A stretch of DNA of 64,000 nt from Patescibacteria group bacterium (GTDB lineage: Bacteria > Patescibacteriota > Minisyncoccia > Phycocordibacterales > EsbW-18), in NCBI GenBank assembly GCA_038064475.1, contig JBBTTA010000001.1, forward strand, positions 111,086-175,085, given 5' to 3'. How positions within the stretch are numbered: the stretch's first letter is position 1; each line of letters opens with the position of its first letter. The notes below the pieces were generated by a model. The model ran no database searches. It was given only the letters and a program-made list of their open reading frames with translations, and had not been told where the DNA came from. This document shows positions 55,130-64,000 of the stretch, piece after piece. A program made the position numbers and the translations under genes.

Positions 55130-55748
55130 TGTCGCCTTCTTTATCTATAACATCCTTCTTTCTAATCGTAAGTTTATCAACTGGCTTTATATCTGACTCC
55201 CCTTCTTCTTTCAAAAATGCTTTCAAAGTTTCTTTCGTATAGTGCATCGGAATAATGAGGTGCGGTTCGAATGACACAGCAATCTTGCCTGCCTGCGTGG
55301 GTGTAAGCACGTCTTCATTACCGACAGGAAGGAAGAGAATATCGATGTCGCCAATTTCTTCGAGTGTTTCAGGTGAGAGTTGTGGATTTGAAAGCGCACC
55401 GAGGAAACACAAACGCATTTCTTCAAGCGTCACAACATACACCGTATTGATTTTCTCTTCCCCACCATAGACTGATTCTGATGCAAAACCGCGCACATAT
55501 ACTTCTGCAAATTCGTATTCACCAGGACCTTGTATAACAAATGGCTCTTTATCGCCACGTGAGACTGTTTCAACACCATTCATGTCAGGGTGGTCTAGTG
55601 TTACAAGCGCGATGTCAGCTCCAAAGCTCGACGCAGGAAGTTTTGATTTCTTGGAGACAGGATTAAAGGCAAGAACGGTGTCGCCGAACTGTACTTTGAA
55701 CGATTCGAGTGTGTTGTACGTAATAATCATGTAGAGAGAGTATACCAA
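55101..55748 (-). CDS. MBL-fold metallo-hydrolase
   Basis: 215 aa with a beta-lactamase-like fold, for example LDHPDMNGVE and IIPMHY. Confidence 0.55.
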   Translation of the reverse strand: MVYSLYMIITYNTLESFKVQFGDTVLAFNPVSKKSKLPASSFGADIALVTLDHPDMNGVETVSRGDKEPFVIQGPGEYEFAEVYVRGFASESVYGGEEKINTVYVVTLEEMRLCFLGALSNPQLSPETLEEIGDIDILFLPVGNEDVLTPTQAGKIAVSFEPHLIIPMHYTKETLKAFLKEEGESDIKPVDKLTIRKKDVIDKEGDIVVLDPVAA

Positions 55749-55769
55749 AAATCGTGACTCTAAACCCCT

Positions 55770-56741
55770 TTACCGAAGATACAATTCCTTGTTCTGTTTA
55801 TGCTCCTCAAACGTCTTTGCGTAGTAGATTTTGCCCGACTTGTCAGAGAGATAGAAGTAGTAGTCAGATGTAACAGGTTCTGCGGCGGCGCGAAGTGAAT
55901 CGAGGCCAGGGTTCGTAATCGGTGTTGGCGTCAAACCACGATAGACGTACGTGTTGTAGGGTGAATCAACTTTAAGGTCTTCAAGAGTGAGGTCTGCTGA
56001 ACCTTTTCCTAAGAGATAGACAAACGGCGCATCTACTTGCAGTGCCATATCGTCGTCGAGACGTTTCCATAAAATACCTGAAACAATTTGCCTATCCTCA
56101 AACGTCTTCGCTTCCTCTTCAAGAATTGATGCCATGATGACAATGTCAGAGAGTGTTCGACTAGAAGATGCAATTGATGAAGTTAGTGTTGTAATCTTTT
56201 CATTGAACGTATCTTCTAACGTTTGAATGATACGTGTTGCTGTCGCATTTGGTGGAAAGAAATATGTATCAGGAAAAAGATATCCTTCACGTGACTCCGC
56301 TCCTCTGATAAACGCTTCTTTAGAAAATGCTGGCAAGGTTGTTGCAAAAATATCTGCCATCTCATGCACTGATGTTCCTTCAGGAATAAGCACACGCAAA
56401 GGCTTCACACGAAAATCTGCATGCGTCATACGCCACGCAGTCACAAATAAGCGCGGTGCGCCTTCAAAGTAGTATTCCCCTGCCTTCACGCCAGTGCCGC
56501 CGCCCGTGAGTACAGCAAACACTTTAAAAAAGAATTCTGATGCAATAAGGTTTTTTGCCTCAAGGATATCTGCTGTCTCATGAAGTGTTGCCCCATCTGG
56601 AATATGCGCGTACGTTGGGTACTCGCCTCCACGCCTCGCCCATGCCGGGGCTACGGCCGAGGGTGGTGTCTGTAAAAACACAATCAAAAGAATGAGAAGG
56701 CAGGTAGCGGCACTGATTATAATCGTTCGGCGTGACAGCAT
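55770..56741 (-). CDS. mltG: endolytic murein transglycosylase MltG (YceG family)
   Basis: It has an N-terminal TM helix and the YceG-like motif IPEGTSVHEMADIF. Confidence 0.8.
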   Translation of the reverse strand: MLSRRTIIISAATCLLILLIVFLQTPPSAVAPAWARRGGEYPTYAHIPDGATLHETADILEAKNLIASEFFFKVFAVLTGGGTGVKAGEYYFEGAPRLFVTAWRMTHADFRVKPLRVLIPEGTSVHEMADIFATTLPAFSKEAFIRGAESREGYLFPDTYFFPPNATATRIIQTLEDTFNEKITTLTSSIASSSRTLSDIVIMASILEEEAKTFEDRQIVSGILWKRLDDDMALQVDAPFVYLLGKGSADLTLEDLKVDSPYNTYVYRGLTPTPITNPGLDSLRAAAEPVTSDYYFYLSDKSGKIYYAKTFEEHKQNKELYLR

Positions 56742-56743
56742 GA

Positions 56744-58066
56744 CTAGCTAGGAAGATTTATTGGTGGTTCACTCTTACGTGATTCAATGCGGCCCAGTGT
56801 TGGTGTTTCAGACACGCCACCTGGGAAGTGGAAAATCGTCGCCAACTCTTCAGAGTTGAGTATAAAAGGTTTTCTTTTATATTTTTCCTTAAAAAGGAAT
56901 TGCGTGCTGATGCCACTGTGCGGTGCGTGGAAATATCCGCGCAAACGATATGCTTCAAACATATTCTTTTTCATCTTTGGAAGCTTTTTTCCAAAAGGAT
57001 CTTGAAACCAATAGTCATGGCTGGTTCCAAAAGCTTTCTTAAAACCATTCAAATAGCCCGAGCTGTACTGTGCCAACACACCGTTAAGCGCCCCTTTGTG
57101 CCCATTATTGAAGTATTCTTTCTCAGCAAGATAGAGCGCACGAATACCTACGTCATATCCAGTTTTGCTGGTGCTTCGTTCAAGTGCCTCAATCGTGTCT
57201 TTCTCCACTGGTGTTAGGTTTATTTTATTGTCTTCGGGATCTTCACCTCGAATTTTTCGCTTCTTGATGATCGATGCGATTTCAGTTTTTACATCGTCCT
57301 TCCACTTATCCGTTGGTTCACGCCATTCTTTTACTTTCTTTCCTACATCAAAGACATCTTCAGGTTTTGTAAATTGAGAAAGAAGCGATACGTTTTTTGG
57401 GTCTTCTTTTTTATGTGCACGAAGAAGAATTTGGATCCATGCCTGTTCGCCTTTGCCGAGTCCACCCAAGTATTCAAGGACCTGTGTAATCGGATCAATT
57501 TTAAATTCTTCTTTGGGATCTTTATCGAGACCGTAATCAATATATGTCTTTATTGGGTAGGGATCTATTTTCGTAAGTGCGAATTCAGCAGCATAGAGAT
57601 CTGCCTTGTTTTTGTCATACATAAAGGCAAGTGTGTAGTCAGGCACCTCGGTCACTTCAACTGTCGGATACTGTGCGTAGAGGCTGTTTTGAATTCCTTT
57701 GACCGAATCCTTCCACGTCCAAATGAAAAATTTTACCTGTCCCTCAATAGACACAAGTTCAAGCGAAAACCACGGACGTACTCCCCCTTTCCAATATTTG
57801 TCGTACCATGTTCCCTCTCCACCAGTCGCATAAAAAACGCCAAGCGCCAATTCCATTGCTGCAGGAGATTTTGAAACTTCTTTTGGTACACGAATTTCCA
57901 AAAGTACTGGCTCTTTGCTCTGTATGTACTGTGCGCGGCGATATGCCATCCACTGCTGCCAAAACGCACTGATGAGTGCGAGCGGAAGCCAGAGGGGAGC
58001 AAAACGCCACACAAGTTTGAGGACAGAGACAATCGTATCAAGCGTGCTACCAAAATATTCGAACAT
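56744..58066 (-). CDS. hypothetical membrane-anchored protein of about 440 aa
   Basis: The start is set at MFEYFGSTLD, which is followed by a TM helix. The body is large, soluble and K/E-rich. I recognised no family. Confidence 0.45.
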   Translation of the reverse strand: MFEYFGSTLDTIVSVLKLVWRFAPLWLPLALISAFWQQWMAYRRAQYIQSKEPVLLEIRVPKEVSKSPAAMELALGVFYATGGEGTWYDKYWKGGVRPWFSLELVSIEGQVKFFIWTWKDSVKGIQNSLYAQYPTVEVTEVPDYTLAFMYDKNKADLYAAEFALTKIDPYPIKTYIDYGLDKDPKEEFKIDPITQVLEYLGGLGKGEQAWIQILLRAHKKEDPKNVSLLSQFTKPEDVFDVGKKVKEWREPTDKWKDDVKTEIASIIKKRKIRGEDPEDNKINLTPVEKDTIEALERSTSKTGYDVGIRALYLAEKEYFNNGHKGALNGVLAQYSSGYLNGFKKAFGTSHDYWFQDPFGKKLPKMKKNMFEAYRLRGYFHAPHSGISTQFLFKEKYKRKPFILNSEELATIFHFPGGVSETPTLGRIESRKSEPPINLPS

Positions 58067-58118
58067 GGTTCTATGATAGCCTGTTGAAATTGATTTACCA
58101 ATACAGCTTTTTGGATAC

Positions 58119-58150
58119 AAAACACCCCGACGTTTGTCGGGGTGTTTTCT
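58119..58150. terminator. rho-independent terminator
   Basis: The hairpin aaaacaccccgac-gttt-gtcggggtgtttt is present. Confidence 0.7.
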
Positions 58151-58256
58151 TGTATAAAACGGTGGAGCGAACTTAGTTTTTTGAAAAGCCTCGGAAAGTG
58201 CGACGGCACTGGACGGAGCAAAAATACAGGAGTATTTTTGCGTGCTTTTCAAAAAA

Positions 58257-59327
58257 CTATGCGAGCGTATATTTTCCGTCTGACGTCTTTTCGAAGTGCT
58301 TGCTGTCCTGAAGGTTTACCACAATCGTGTTTGGCTTCACGTAACGTTCCTTCAACACCTTCTCGATAATTTCGTCCTTTGCAAGCGTACCGTGCTGTTT
58401 CAAGACCTTCTTGATAACGTCCCGAACGACTCCTTCAACATACCCCCATTCAGAGAGGGCGTAGAGACCGCGTCCAACGAGAACAAATCGTCCGTCCTTA
58501 ATAAGTTCGTTGTGTGCTGTTGCAATGTGCGCCTTACGATCAAAAAGTTCGCTAATGCGCTTTGCAACTTCAGTAAAGTGCAATGGTGAACCATGTTGAC
58601 GAATGGCGAGGTATGCGTAGTCGCGGATACCTTTTGGTGTGATATTCGCTGATGAGGTTGGCCCCCATTCGCCGAGAGGATTGCTACCAATCATTTTTGA
58701 AATCGAGAGCCAGCGCTTTACCATTTCTTCGTTACGGTAGTGTTCTGCAAGATCCTTGATGTGTTCCAAAAATCCTTGAACGATATCTGTTTCAGACACG
58801 AGTTCATCGTCAGAAAGTGTCGTGTATAGTTTTTTTAATGCTTCTTCAATCTTTTCTGCAACACCACCATCAACGTGCCAACGGTGCACAAAGTGCTCGT
58901 CTTCTTTTCGTTTTTCAAATGCTTCGCCGATAACAAGAAGTGCATTGAAGTGATTGCGTGTGCTCTGATCAGTTGAGAGGTGATTCAAAAATGCTTCCTC
59001 AGACACGATGCCACCACAGAAAAGCATTTCTTCGCGGAGTTCGTTAAATGCTACTTGCTCTTTTGTGTATACGTCTGACTTGCGAATAGTTGCGAGGGCG
59101 TAGTTTTCAATCTGACGAACACGTTCTCGTGTGATGTTATACTCACCACCAATTGCTTCAAGCGTCATGCGCTTTGCCTTGTCGTTGAGACCGTAGCGCT
59201 TCACGAGAACATCTTTTGCGCGATCCGTGAGTACACTCAAAAGGCGCTTCGTCACTTGCTTTGGGTTGAAGTGAATCGACGCCTTTGGTGTGCTCACTGC
59301 CTTTGTTTTTGCGGCTGTTTTTGCCAT
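58257..59327 (-). CDS. sigma-70 region 4-like HTH domain protein with an unrelated C-terminal domain
   Basis: The N-terminal segment LEAIGGEYNITRERVRQIENYALATIRK matches sigma-70 region 4.2. The remaining roughly 250 aa have no recognisable sigma regions 2 or 3. Confidence 0.55.
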   Translation of the reverse strand: MAKTAAKTKAVSTPKASIHFNPKQVTKRLLSVLTDRAKDVLVKRYGLNDKAKRMTLEAIGGEYNITRERVRQIENYALATIRKSDVYTKEQVAFNELREEMLFCGGIVSEEAFLNHLSTDQSTRNHFNALLVIGEAFEKRKEDEHFVHRWHVDGGVAEKIEEALKKLYTTLSDDELVSETDIVQGFLEHIKDLAEHYRNEEMVKRWLSISKMIGSNPLGEWGPTSSANITPKGIRDYAYLAIRQHGSPLHFTEVAKRISELFDRKAHIATAHNELIKDGRFVLVGRGLYALSEWGYVEGVVRDVIKKVLKQHGTLAKDEIIEKVLKERYVKPNTIVVNLQDSKHFEKTSDGKYTLA

Positions 59328-59458
59328 ATGGTGTCAAACGTGTTCTAAGCTGTTAAACGCCCTTTCTACCCCCTAGATATGCGTATCAGTGTATCATTGA
59401 CTGGATTACCCGTCAAGGGCGACTCTTGGGGTCAGCCCCCAAACGTAGAACATTATTA

Positions 59459-61858
59459 CTACTCCGGAATAATGTTCAAAATCCTGTCCTGTATGTAAAT
59501 ACGTCGCTTTACTGAGCTGTTTCCTAGCCATTTAGCTACCGCTGGCATTGCCTTTGCCGCCTCAAAAACCTCCTCTTCCGAAGCCCCCCGAGACGCCTCA
59601 ACCGTGCCACGGACCTTACCGGAGACCTGAACGGCAATCATAACTGAGCCCCCCTTGAGGGCCTCCTCATCCAGAGCCGGCCATGAGGCCTCATGTTGCC
59701 GCCCTGTGTTCCCAATCACCCCCCAGAGCTCTTCGGTAATGTGCGGTGCAAATGGCGCAAGTAAGAGGAGGAGTGTGTTGTACCACTCACGAGGTACGAA
59801 TGGCAGTTCTTCAAGACTATTCGTAAGTATCATGAGCGAGCTGACCGCAGTATTGAACTTCATTGCCTCAATATCACCACTCACTTTTTTAATTGTTGCG
59901 TGCAAAACTCGTTTTACGTCGAGAGATTCATCAACATCATCAGCAACCTTTTCGGAGAGCTTCCACACACGTTCAAGAAAACGGCGTATGCCCACGAGAC
60001 CGTTCGTTGACCATGCAATCATCTGATCATACGGACCCATAAACATTTCATAGGTGCGAAGTGCGTCAGCACCAAATCGTTCAACGACTTCGTCAGGGTT
60101 CACGACGTTGCCCAATGACTTCGACATCTTCTCTCCATCTTCCCCCAAAACAAATCCGTGCGACAAGCGTCGTGCGTATGGTTCCAATGTTGGCACAACA
60201 CCAATGTCGTACAAGAATTTGTGCCAGAAACGTGAATACAACAGGTGAAGCGTTGTGTGTTCCATACCGCCGTTGTAGAGATCAACTGGCAACCACTCCT
60301 TCATGTTCTTTTTGTCTGCTAATGCTTCATTATTTTTTGGATCAGTATAACGAATGTAGTACCACGATGAACCTGCCCAGTTTGGCATCACATCTGTTTC
60401 ACGCTTCGCTTTCCCTCCACACTTTGGGCATGTCGTATTCACCCACTCATGCATTTGTGAAAGTGGTGAATCACCTGAATCCGTTGGTTCATATTTTTCA
60501 ACAGGCGGCAACACCACAGGAAGCTCTCCTTCAGGCACAGGGACCCAGCCACACTTCTCACACGAAATCATTGGGATTGGTTCGCCCCAATAACGCTGAC
60601 GTGAAAACACCCAGTCGCGGAGACGATATGTTGTCGTTATTGCACTCCCCACATGTTTTGTTATTTTTTCTTTTGCTTCTTCAGTCGAAAGCCCGTCAAA
60701 TTTCCCTGAGTTGATGAGTGTGCCATCTCCAGAATACGGAAGCGACTCTGATGTTTCAATCACTTGTACAACAGGAATATTGTATTTCTTCGCGAAATCA
60801 AAATCACGTTCGTCGTGCGCAGGCACCGCCATGATGGCGCCTGTTCCGTAGCCACCAAGTACGTAATCAGCAATAAACATTGGAATTTCAACACCGTTTG
60901 CGGGATTGATTGCAACAATACCCTCGAGTTTGACTCCCGTTTTTTCTTTGCCTAATGCCTGTCGTTCAATATCTGTCTTTGTCTTTGTTTGCTCAACGTA
61001 TCGTACAACCTCCTCTTTGTTTTCTAATGACTTGTGACTAGTGACTAGTGACTGCAGAAATTCGTGTTCAGGGGCAAGTACAAGATATGTTGCACCAAAG
61101 AGTGTGTCAGGGCGTGTTGTGAATACCTTAATTCCTGATTCCTGATCTTTTATTTTGAATTCTATTTCCGCTCCCTTACTTGGTGCAATCCAATTCTTTT
61201 GTCCCGCAGTCACTGCAGGAATAAAATCAACTATGTCCAAATCATCATACAGACGTTGTGCGTACTTCGTAATTGCAAGCATCCACTGTTCGCGCTCTCG
61301 TTTTTCAACAGGTGTACCACAACGTTCGCAACATCCACCAACCACCTCTTCATTCGCCAAACCAATTTTATCTTTTGGACACCAGTTGATCGTAGTTCTT
61401 GTTTTGTATGCCAAATCGTTTTTGTAGAGCTGTAAAAATATCCACTGCGTCCATTTGTAGTAGTTAGGATCTGACGTATTTATTTCTCGTGACCAATCAA
61501 ATGAAATACCAAGCATCTGCATCTGCTTTTTGTAGACGGCAATATTTTCTTTTGTTACTTCATGCGGATTACGCCCCGTCTTGATAGCATAGCTTTCTGT
61601 TGGCAAACCGAATGCATCCCATCCCATTGGATAGAGGACGTTTTCACCTTGTGCACGTCGCTTACGAACGAGGGCATCAAGCGCAGTGTAGCTCCGGACG
61701 TGTCCGGTGTGAAGCCCTGCGCCAGACGGAAATGGAAACTCAACAAGGATGTATGATTTCTTTTTTGAAGAACCATCCCCCGCGCGAGCATACGAGGGGT
61801 CATCAGCCCATATCTTTTGCCATTTCGGCTCAATCGCTTTAGGATCATACTCCTGCAT
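59459..61858 (-). CDS. leuS: leucyl-tRNA synthetase
   Basis: It has the class I HIGH motif (HTGHVRSY) and KMSKS, plus a CP1 editing domain. The start is set at MQEYDPKAIEPKWQ. Confidence 0.9.
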   Translation of the reverse strand: MQEYDPKAIEPKWQKIWADDPSYARAGDGSSKKKSYILVEFPFPSGAGLHTGHVRSYTALDALVRKRRAQGENVLYPMGWDAFGLPTESYAIKTGRNPHEVTKENIAVYKKQMQMLGISFDWSREINTSDPNYYKWTQWIFLQLYKNDLAYKTRTTINWCPKDKIGLANEEVVGGCCERCGTPVEKREREQWMLAITKYAQRLYDDLDIVDFIPAVTAGQKNWIAPSKGAEIEFKIKDQESGIKVFTTRPDTLFGATYLVLAPEHEFLQSLVTSHKSLENKEEVVRYVEQTKTKTDIERQALGKEKTGVKLEGIVAINPANGVEIPMFIADYVLGGYGTGAIMAVPAHDERDFDFAKKYNIPVVQVIETSESLPYSGDGTLINSGKFDGLSTEEAKEKITKHVGSAITTTYRLRDWVFSRQRYWGEPIPMISCEKCGWVPVPEGELPVVLPPVEKYEPTDSGDSPLSQMHEWVNTTCPKCGGKAKRETDVMPNWAGSSWYYIRYTDPKNNEALADKKNMKEWLPVDLYNGGMEHTTLHLLYSRFWHKFLYDIGVVPTLEPYARRLSHGFVLGEDGEKMSKSLGNVVNPDEVVERFGADALRTYEMFMGPYDQMIAWSTNGLVGIRRFLERVWKLSEKVADDVDESLDVKRVLHATIKKVSGDIEAMKFNTAVSSLMILTNSLEELPFVPREWYNTLLLLLAPFAPHITEELWGVIGNTGRQHEASWPALDEEALKGGSVMIAVQVSGKVRGTVEASRGASEEEVFEAAKAMPAVAKWLGNSSVKRRIYIQDRILNIIPE

Positions 61859-61926
61859 AGATAAAAAGAATACTACCACTCAAAAACAGAATCAGGAAGC
61901 AAGAATCATGAATCATGCGTGTGAGC

Positions 61927-61958
61927 AAAAATCCGCCCGAAGGCGGATTTTTGCTTTT
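61927..61958. terminator. rho-independent terminator
   Basis: The hairpin aaaaatccgcc-cgaa-ggcggattttt is followed by gctttt. Confidence 0.75.
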
Positions 61959-61976
61959 GATTCTTGATTCTACTCT

Positions 61977-62921
61977 TTAGTACTTCGGAAATGCAGGATA
62001 TTTCTGCGGATCAACCGTTCGTTCGAAACACGTACGTCCTTCACCATGTTCAAAGATTCCTTCCATTCCCCATGGATCACGCGCAGGCACTGTTGCTTCA
62101 CTCATTACACTCTCGCGTGCAAATGTTGCACACAAATCGAACGAAAGCTGGCCTGTAACAGCGTACTCGTATGTCTCACCTGTCTCTGGATCCGTTGGCG
62201 CAACATACCCACTGAACTCATCTGAAAGATCAGAAAGGGCGACAGGAAGTTTTTGTCGTGTCTGCCAGTAGTTCAAAACCTCCCACTGAATACCCGAGAG
62301 ATCAGACACGCGCTGCTCATCAAACTTCAATGCACGTCGTTCGCTTGGAGAACCAATCGTCAAAAACCCACAGACAATTGCTCCAAGAACAAGAAGTGCG
62401 GCAATAACGATGAGTGGTTTATTAACAGATGTATCACCTCGCATTGATCTGCGAAGATCGTAGAAGTAGTAGCCAAAGACACTGCCCGCAACAGCAAAGA
62501 CAGCAAGCATCTTCATCACAAAGCGAATCGTCACTTCACTACCGAGGTATGTGTTCAAGAGTGCAATAACGTCACCCACAACAACCGCACCTGCGGCAAA
62601 AAGTGTAAACCATACAAACCACTTACGAATTGAAAGTGTTGCTTTTGCAGAGTTCGCCGCAATGTCTTTGCGTACCCACCACGACAAAACGAGGAACAAT
62701 GGAAAGACAACGAGAAGCGTTGAAATCGTGAACTGCAACGTTGACGCTGTTGATGAGTAAGAGAAGTAGTAATTTGAGAGTGCATCAGGAAACTTTGAGT
62801 TGATAATTGCAAAAAGCATTGCAAGAAGGCTTCCTGCTGATGTGTAAAGTGAGAGTGCAATGCCCACATAGACGAAGAAGTCCTTTGGAGACATTTTTGG
62901 TCGATCAATTGTTGGTTCCAT
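61977..62921 (-). CDS. hypothetical polytopic membrane protein
   Basis: 314 aa with about 6 TM helices and a soluble C-terminus. Confidence 0.45.
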   Translation of the reverse strand: MEPTIDRPKMSPKDFFVYVGIALSLYTSAGSLLAMLFAIINSKFPDALSNYYFSYSSTASTLQFTISTLLVVFPLFLVLSWWVRKDIAANSAKATLSIRKWFVWFTLFAAGAVVVGDVIALLNTYLGSEVTIRFVMKMLAVFAVAGSVFGYYFYDLRRSMRGDTSVNKPLIVIAALLVLGAIVCGFLTIGSPSERRALKFDEQRVSDLSGIQWEVLNYWQTRQKLPVALSDLSDEFSGYVAPTDPETGETYEYAVTGQLSFDLCATFARESVMSEATVPARDPWGMEGIFEHGEGRTCFERTVDPQKYPAFPKY

Positions 62922-62979
62922 ATGTGTACTTAATGAATATATGCCTCATGGTAGCACCCTTTTTATGCACCCGAGAAAC

Positions 62980-63007
62980 TTGACAAAAACTTAAGATTTG
63001 CTATATT
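62980..63007 (+). promoter_or_regulatory. near-consensus sigma-70 promoter (TTGACA, 16-nt spacer, TATATT)
   Basis: cTTGACAaaaacttaagatttgcTATATTagc is read directly from the sequence. It points into the GC-rich non-coding-looking locus. Confidence 0.4.
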
Positions 63008-63014
63008 AGCGATA

Positions 63015-63535
63015 TCTAGACGTTTGGGTCAAGTGCCCTCCGCCGTAGAGTTCCTTCACAGCAGTTCAGTCTCACCTACCGCCCCTAAACGGGCAAAGGA
63101 GAATGGATGAGGAATCGTCACGGTCCGGTCGCGAACGCGACCAACTTGTTCAACTTCATGAGGAACACCTCGACGCCGGCCTGACCGACGGCTGCGACGA
63201 GTACCCCGCTCGCGAACATCGTGTTCGCGTAAGAGTAACCATGTTCCGCAACACTTCGAGCGTGCGGAACCAATCCCTCGGGAGCACCGATGACGGAAAC
63301 GCCACCGGATTAAGACGCGAGTGCGAGCTCGCACTTCCGCCCACAGCATGTCGCGAGGACATTCTGCACACTCGTTGTTCAAAAGAACCCTGATGATGGG
63401 TCACTGGGACACAGCCGCGACACCGTCCGGCGCCCCCACCCTTTCCCAACCAAAACTGGGACGAATCAGGTATACGAGGCCTTCGAAAAAAAACTAAAAA
63501 GGCGTCTCAAAAAAAGAAAAGAACTGCAACAAACT
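63015..63535 (+). ncRNA. rnpB: GC-rich structured RNA candidate, possibly RNase P RNA
   Basis: Local GC is well above the background. Three mutually overlapping short ORFs in different frames, a typical structural-RNA artefact, cover it. A promoter and a terminator bracket it. P4-like GGUCCGG and ACCGGAUUAAG strands are complementary to each other. There is a GUAAGAG motif after a hairpin, and UCCCUCGGGAGCA resembles the P15 region. The RNA would be short for type A RNase P. Confidence 0.35.
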
Positions 63536-63538
63536 GGC

Positions 63539-63580
63539 CCCGCTCGCGCAATGCGCGAGCGGGGCCTTTTACTTTTCTGA
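63539..63580. terminator. strong bidirectional rho-independent terminator
   Basis: A 14-bp GC-rich hairpin, ggccccgctcgcgc-aat-gcgcgagcggggcc, is followed by ttttacttttct. Confidence 0.75.
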
Positions 63581-63582
63581 TA

Positions 63583-64000
63583 TTATGGTTGGCTTATTAT
63601 TTCCCACTTTTTATTTTGTCGTAGTGCAAACATACCAGCAACAAACAATGCCATTGAGGTGAGTGCAGAAAGCATGCAATACACACATATCGCTTTAATA
63701 ACAAATAGTTGTAAAAATACCAAAACCAGCGAAACACATAATCCCGCAAAAGTGAGTTTTGATGCAAGTACAACATACTTTTTTTCCATACGCGTCAAAG
63801 AGAGAAGCGCTAAAAGAAATATGCTTGCATAGTAGAGCACACCAAAAAACGCCACGGGGATACCACCAATTTCAGAATACGTACTCGTCAAAACCGTCTC
63901 ACATCCCCCAATGATTGAACATGGCACGGGAGCCTCCAACACATGCTCAATAGTTAAAAACATTGCGTCCAAAAATCCTACAAAGGCAAGAATAGTGAAC
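63583..64000 (-). CDS. vitamin K epoxide reductase (VKOR)/DsbB-like membrane protein, partial (N-terminus beyond the window end)
   Basis: It has TM helices and the Cys motifs CSIIGGCETV and CVYC. The reading frame stays open past coordinate 64000. Confidence 0.55.
   Translation of the reverse strand, partial: FTILAFVGFLDAMFLTIEHVLEAPVPCSIIGGCETVLTSTYSEIGGIPVAFFGVLYYASIFLLALLSLTRMEKKYVVLASKLTFAGLCVSLVLVFLQLFVIKAICVYCMLSALTSMALFVAGMFALRQNKKWEIISQP

Noticed and set aside
61859-61976. T-box riboswitch upstream of leuS
   Set aside because: The leader is only about 100 nt and is occupied by the neighbour's terminator. There is no room for the specifier and antiterminator architecture.
63103-63393. 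96-aa plus-strand ORF as a protein gene
   Set aside because: Its composition is low-complexity and charged, and it overlaps two equally long minus-strand ORFs. The AAGGAG is too close to the ATG. A structural-RNA explanation is favoured.
63060-63450. tmRNA as the identity of the GC-rich locus
   Set aside because: There is no tRNA-like 3' end (no UUCGANUCC T-loop or acceptor CCA context) and no tag-peptide reading frame ending in a hydrophobic tail.
1-64000. CRISPR array, rRNA genes, or a transposase/IS element
   Set aside because: I saw no regularly spaced short direct repeats, no rRNA-like conserved blocks and no transposase-like ORF in the window.

Overview
This 64 kb window looks like a fragment of a small-genome bacterium, most likely a Patescibacteria/CPR-type lineage. 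That call is an inference from three things: moderate GC (about 45-48% by eye), N-terminally short dnaX, IF-2 and Rel, and many membrane-anchored hypothetical proteins. No tool was run; every call comes from reading the ORF translations and the raw sequence.

Most of the window is housekeeping: mnmA (partial), def-fmt, a cyclophilin PPIase, hpf, dnaX, dusB, serS, dprA, topA, rel, parB, miaA, htpX/lemA, secG, RNase J, bipA, a DEAD-box helicase, clpB, a cysteine desulfurase, infB-rbfA, gyrA, mltG and leuS. There is also a cell-wall hydrolase set: a VanY-like M15 peptidase, a GH18 protein and two tandem M14 carboxypeptidases.

I support seven RNA genes from sequence: tRNA-Gln(TTG), tRNA-Leu(CAA), and a cluster of tRNA-Cys(GCA), tRNA-Leu(TAA), tRNA-Lys(CTT) and tRNA-Leu(TAG).

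The features that look non-routine are:
- Each of the three tRNA-Leu genes is followed by a terminator and then a conserved GC-rich element of about 110-125 nt. The element's terminal stem is built from the antisense of that particular tRNA's 3' end and co-varies with it.
- Six tandem paralogous small two-helix membrane proteins with TrbC/VirB2-pilin-like architecture sit upstream of a GC-elevated SPFH island next to the tRNA cluster.
- A solitary AT-rich gene next to tRNA-Gln combines a C2H2-like zinc finger with a HEPN/DUF4145-like motif, which suggests a defence or abortive-infection RNase.
- A roughly 92-nt structured repeat occurs twice, each time in the gap between convergent genes, with compensatory stem changes between copies.
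- A 520-nt GC-rich non-coding-looking locus sits between a near-consensus sigma-70 promoter and a strong terminator; it may be RNase P RNA.
- Smaller curiosities: an ArsR-like regulator flanked by copies of a palindromic motif, a small GC3-rich basic ORF, a hairpin shared by the 5' regions of gyrA and the DEAD-box helicase, and a bipA leader with a long inverted repeat and a short upstream ORF.

I saw no CRISPR array, no rRNA gene and no recognisable transposase.
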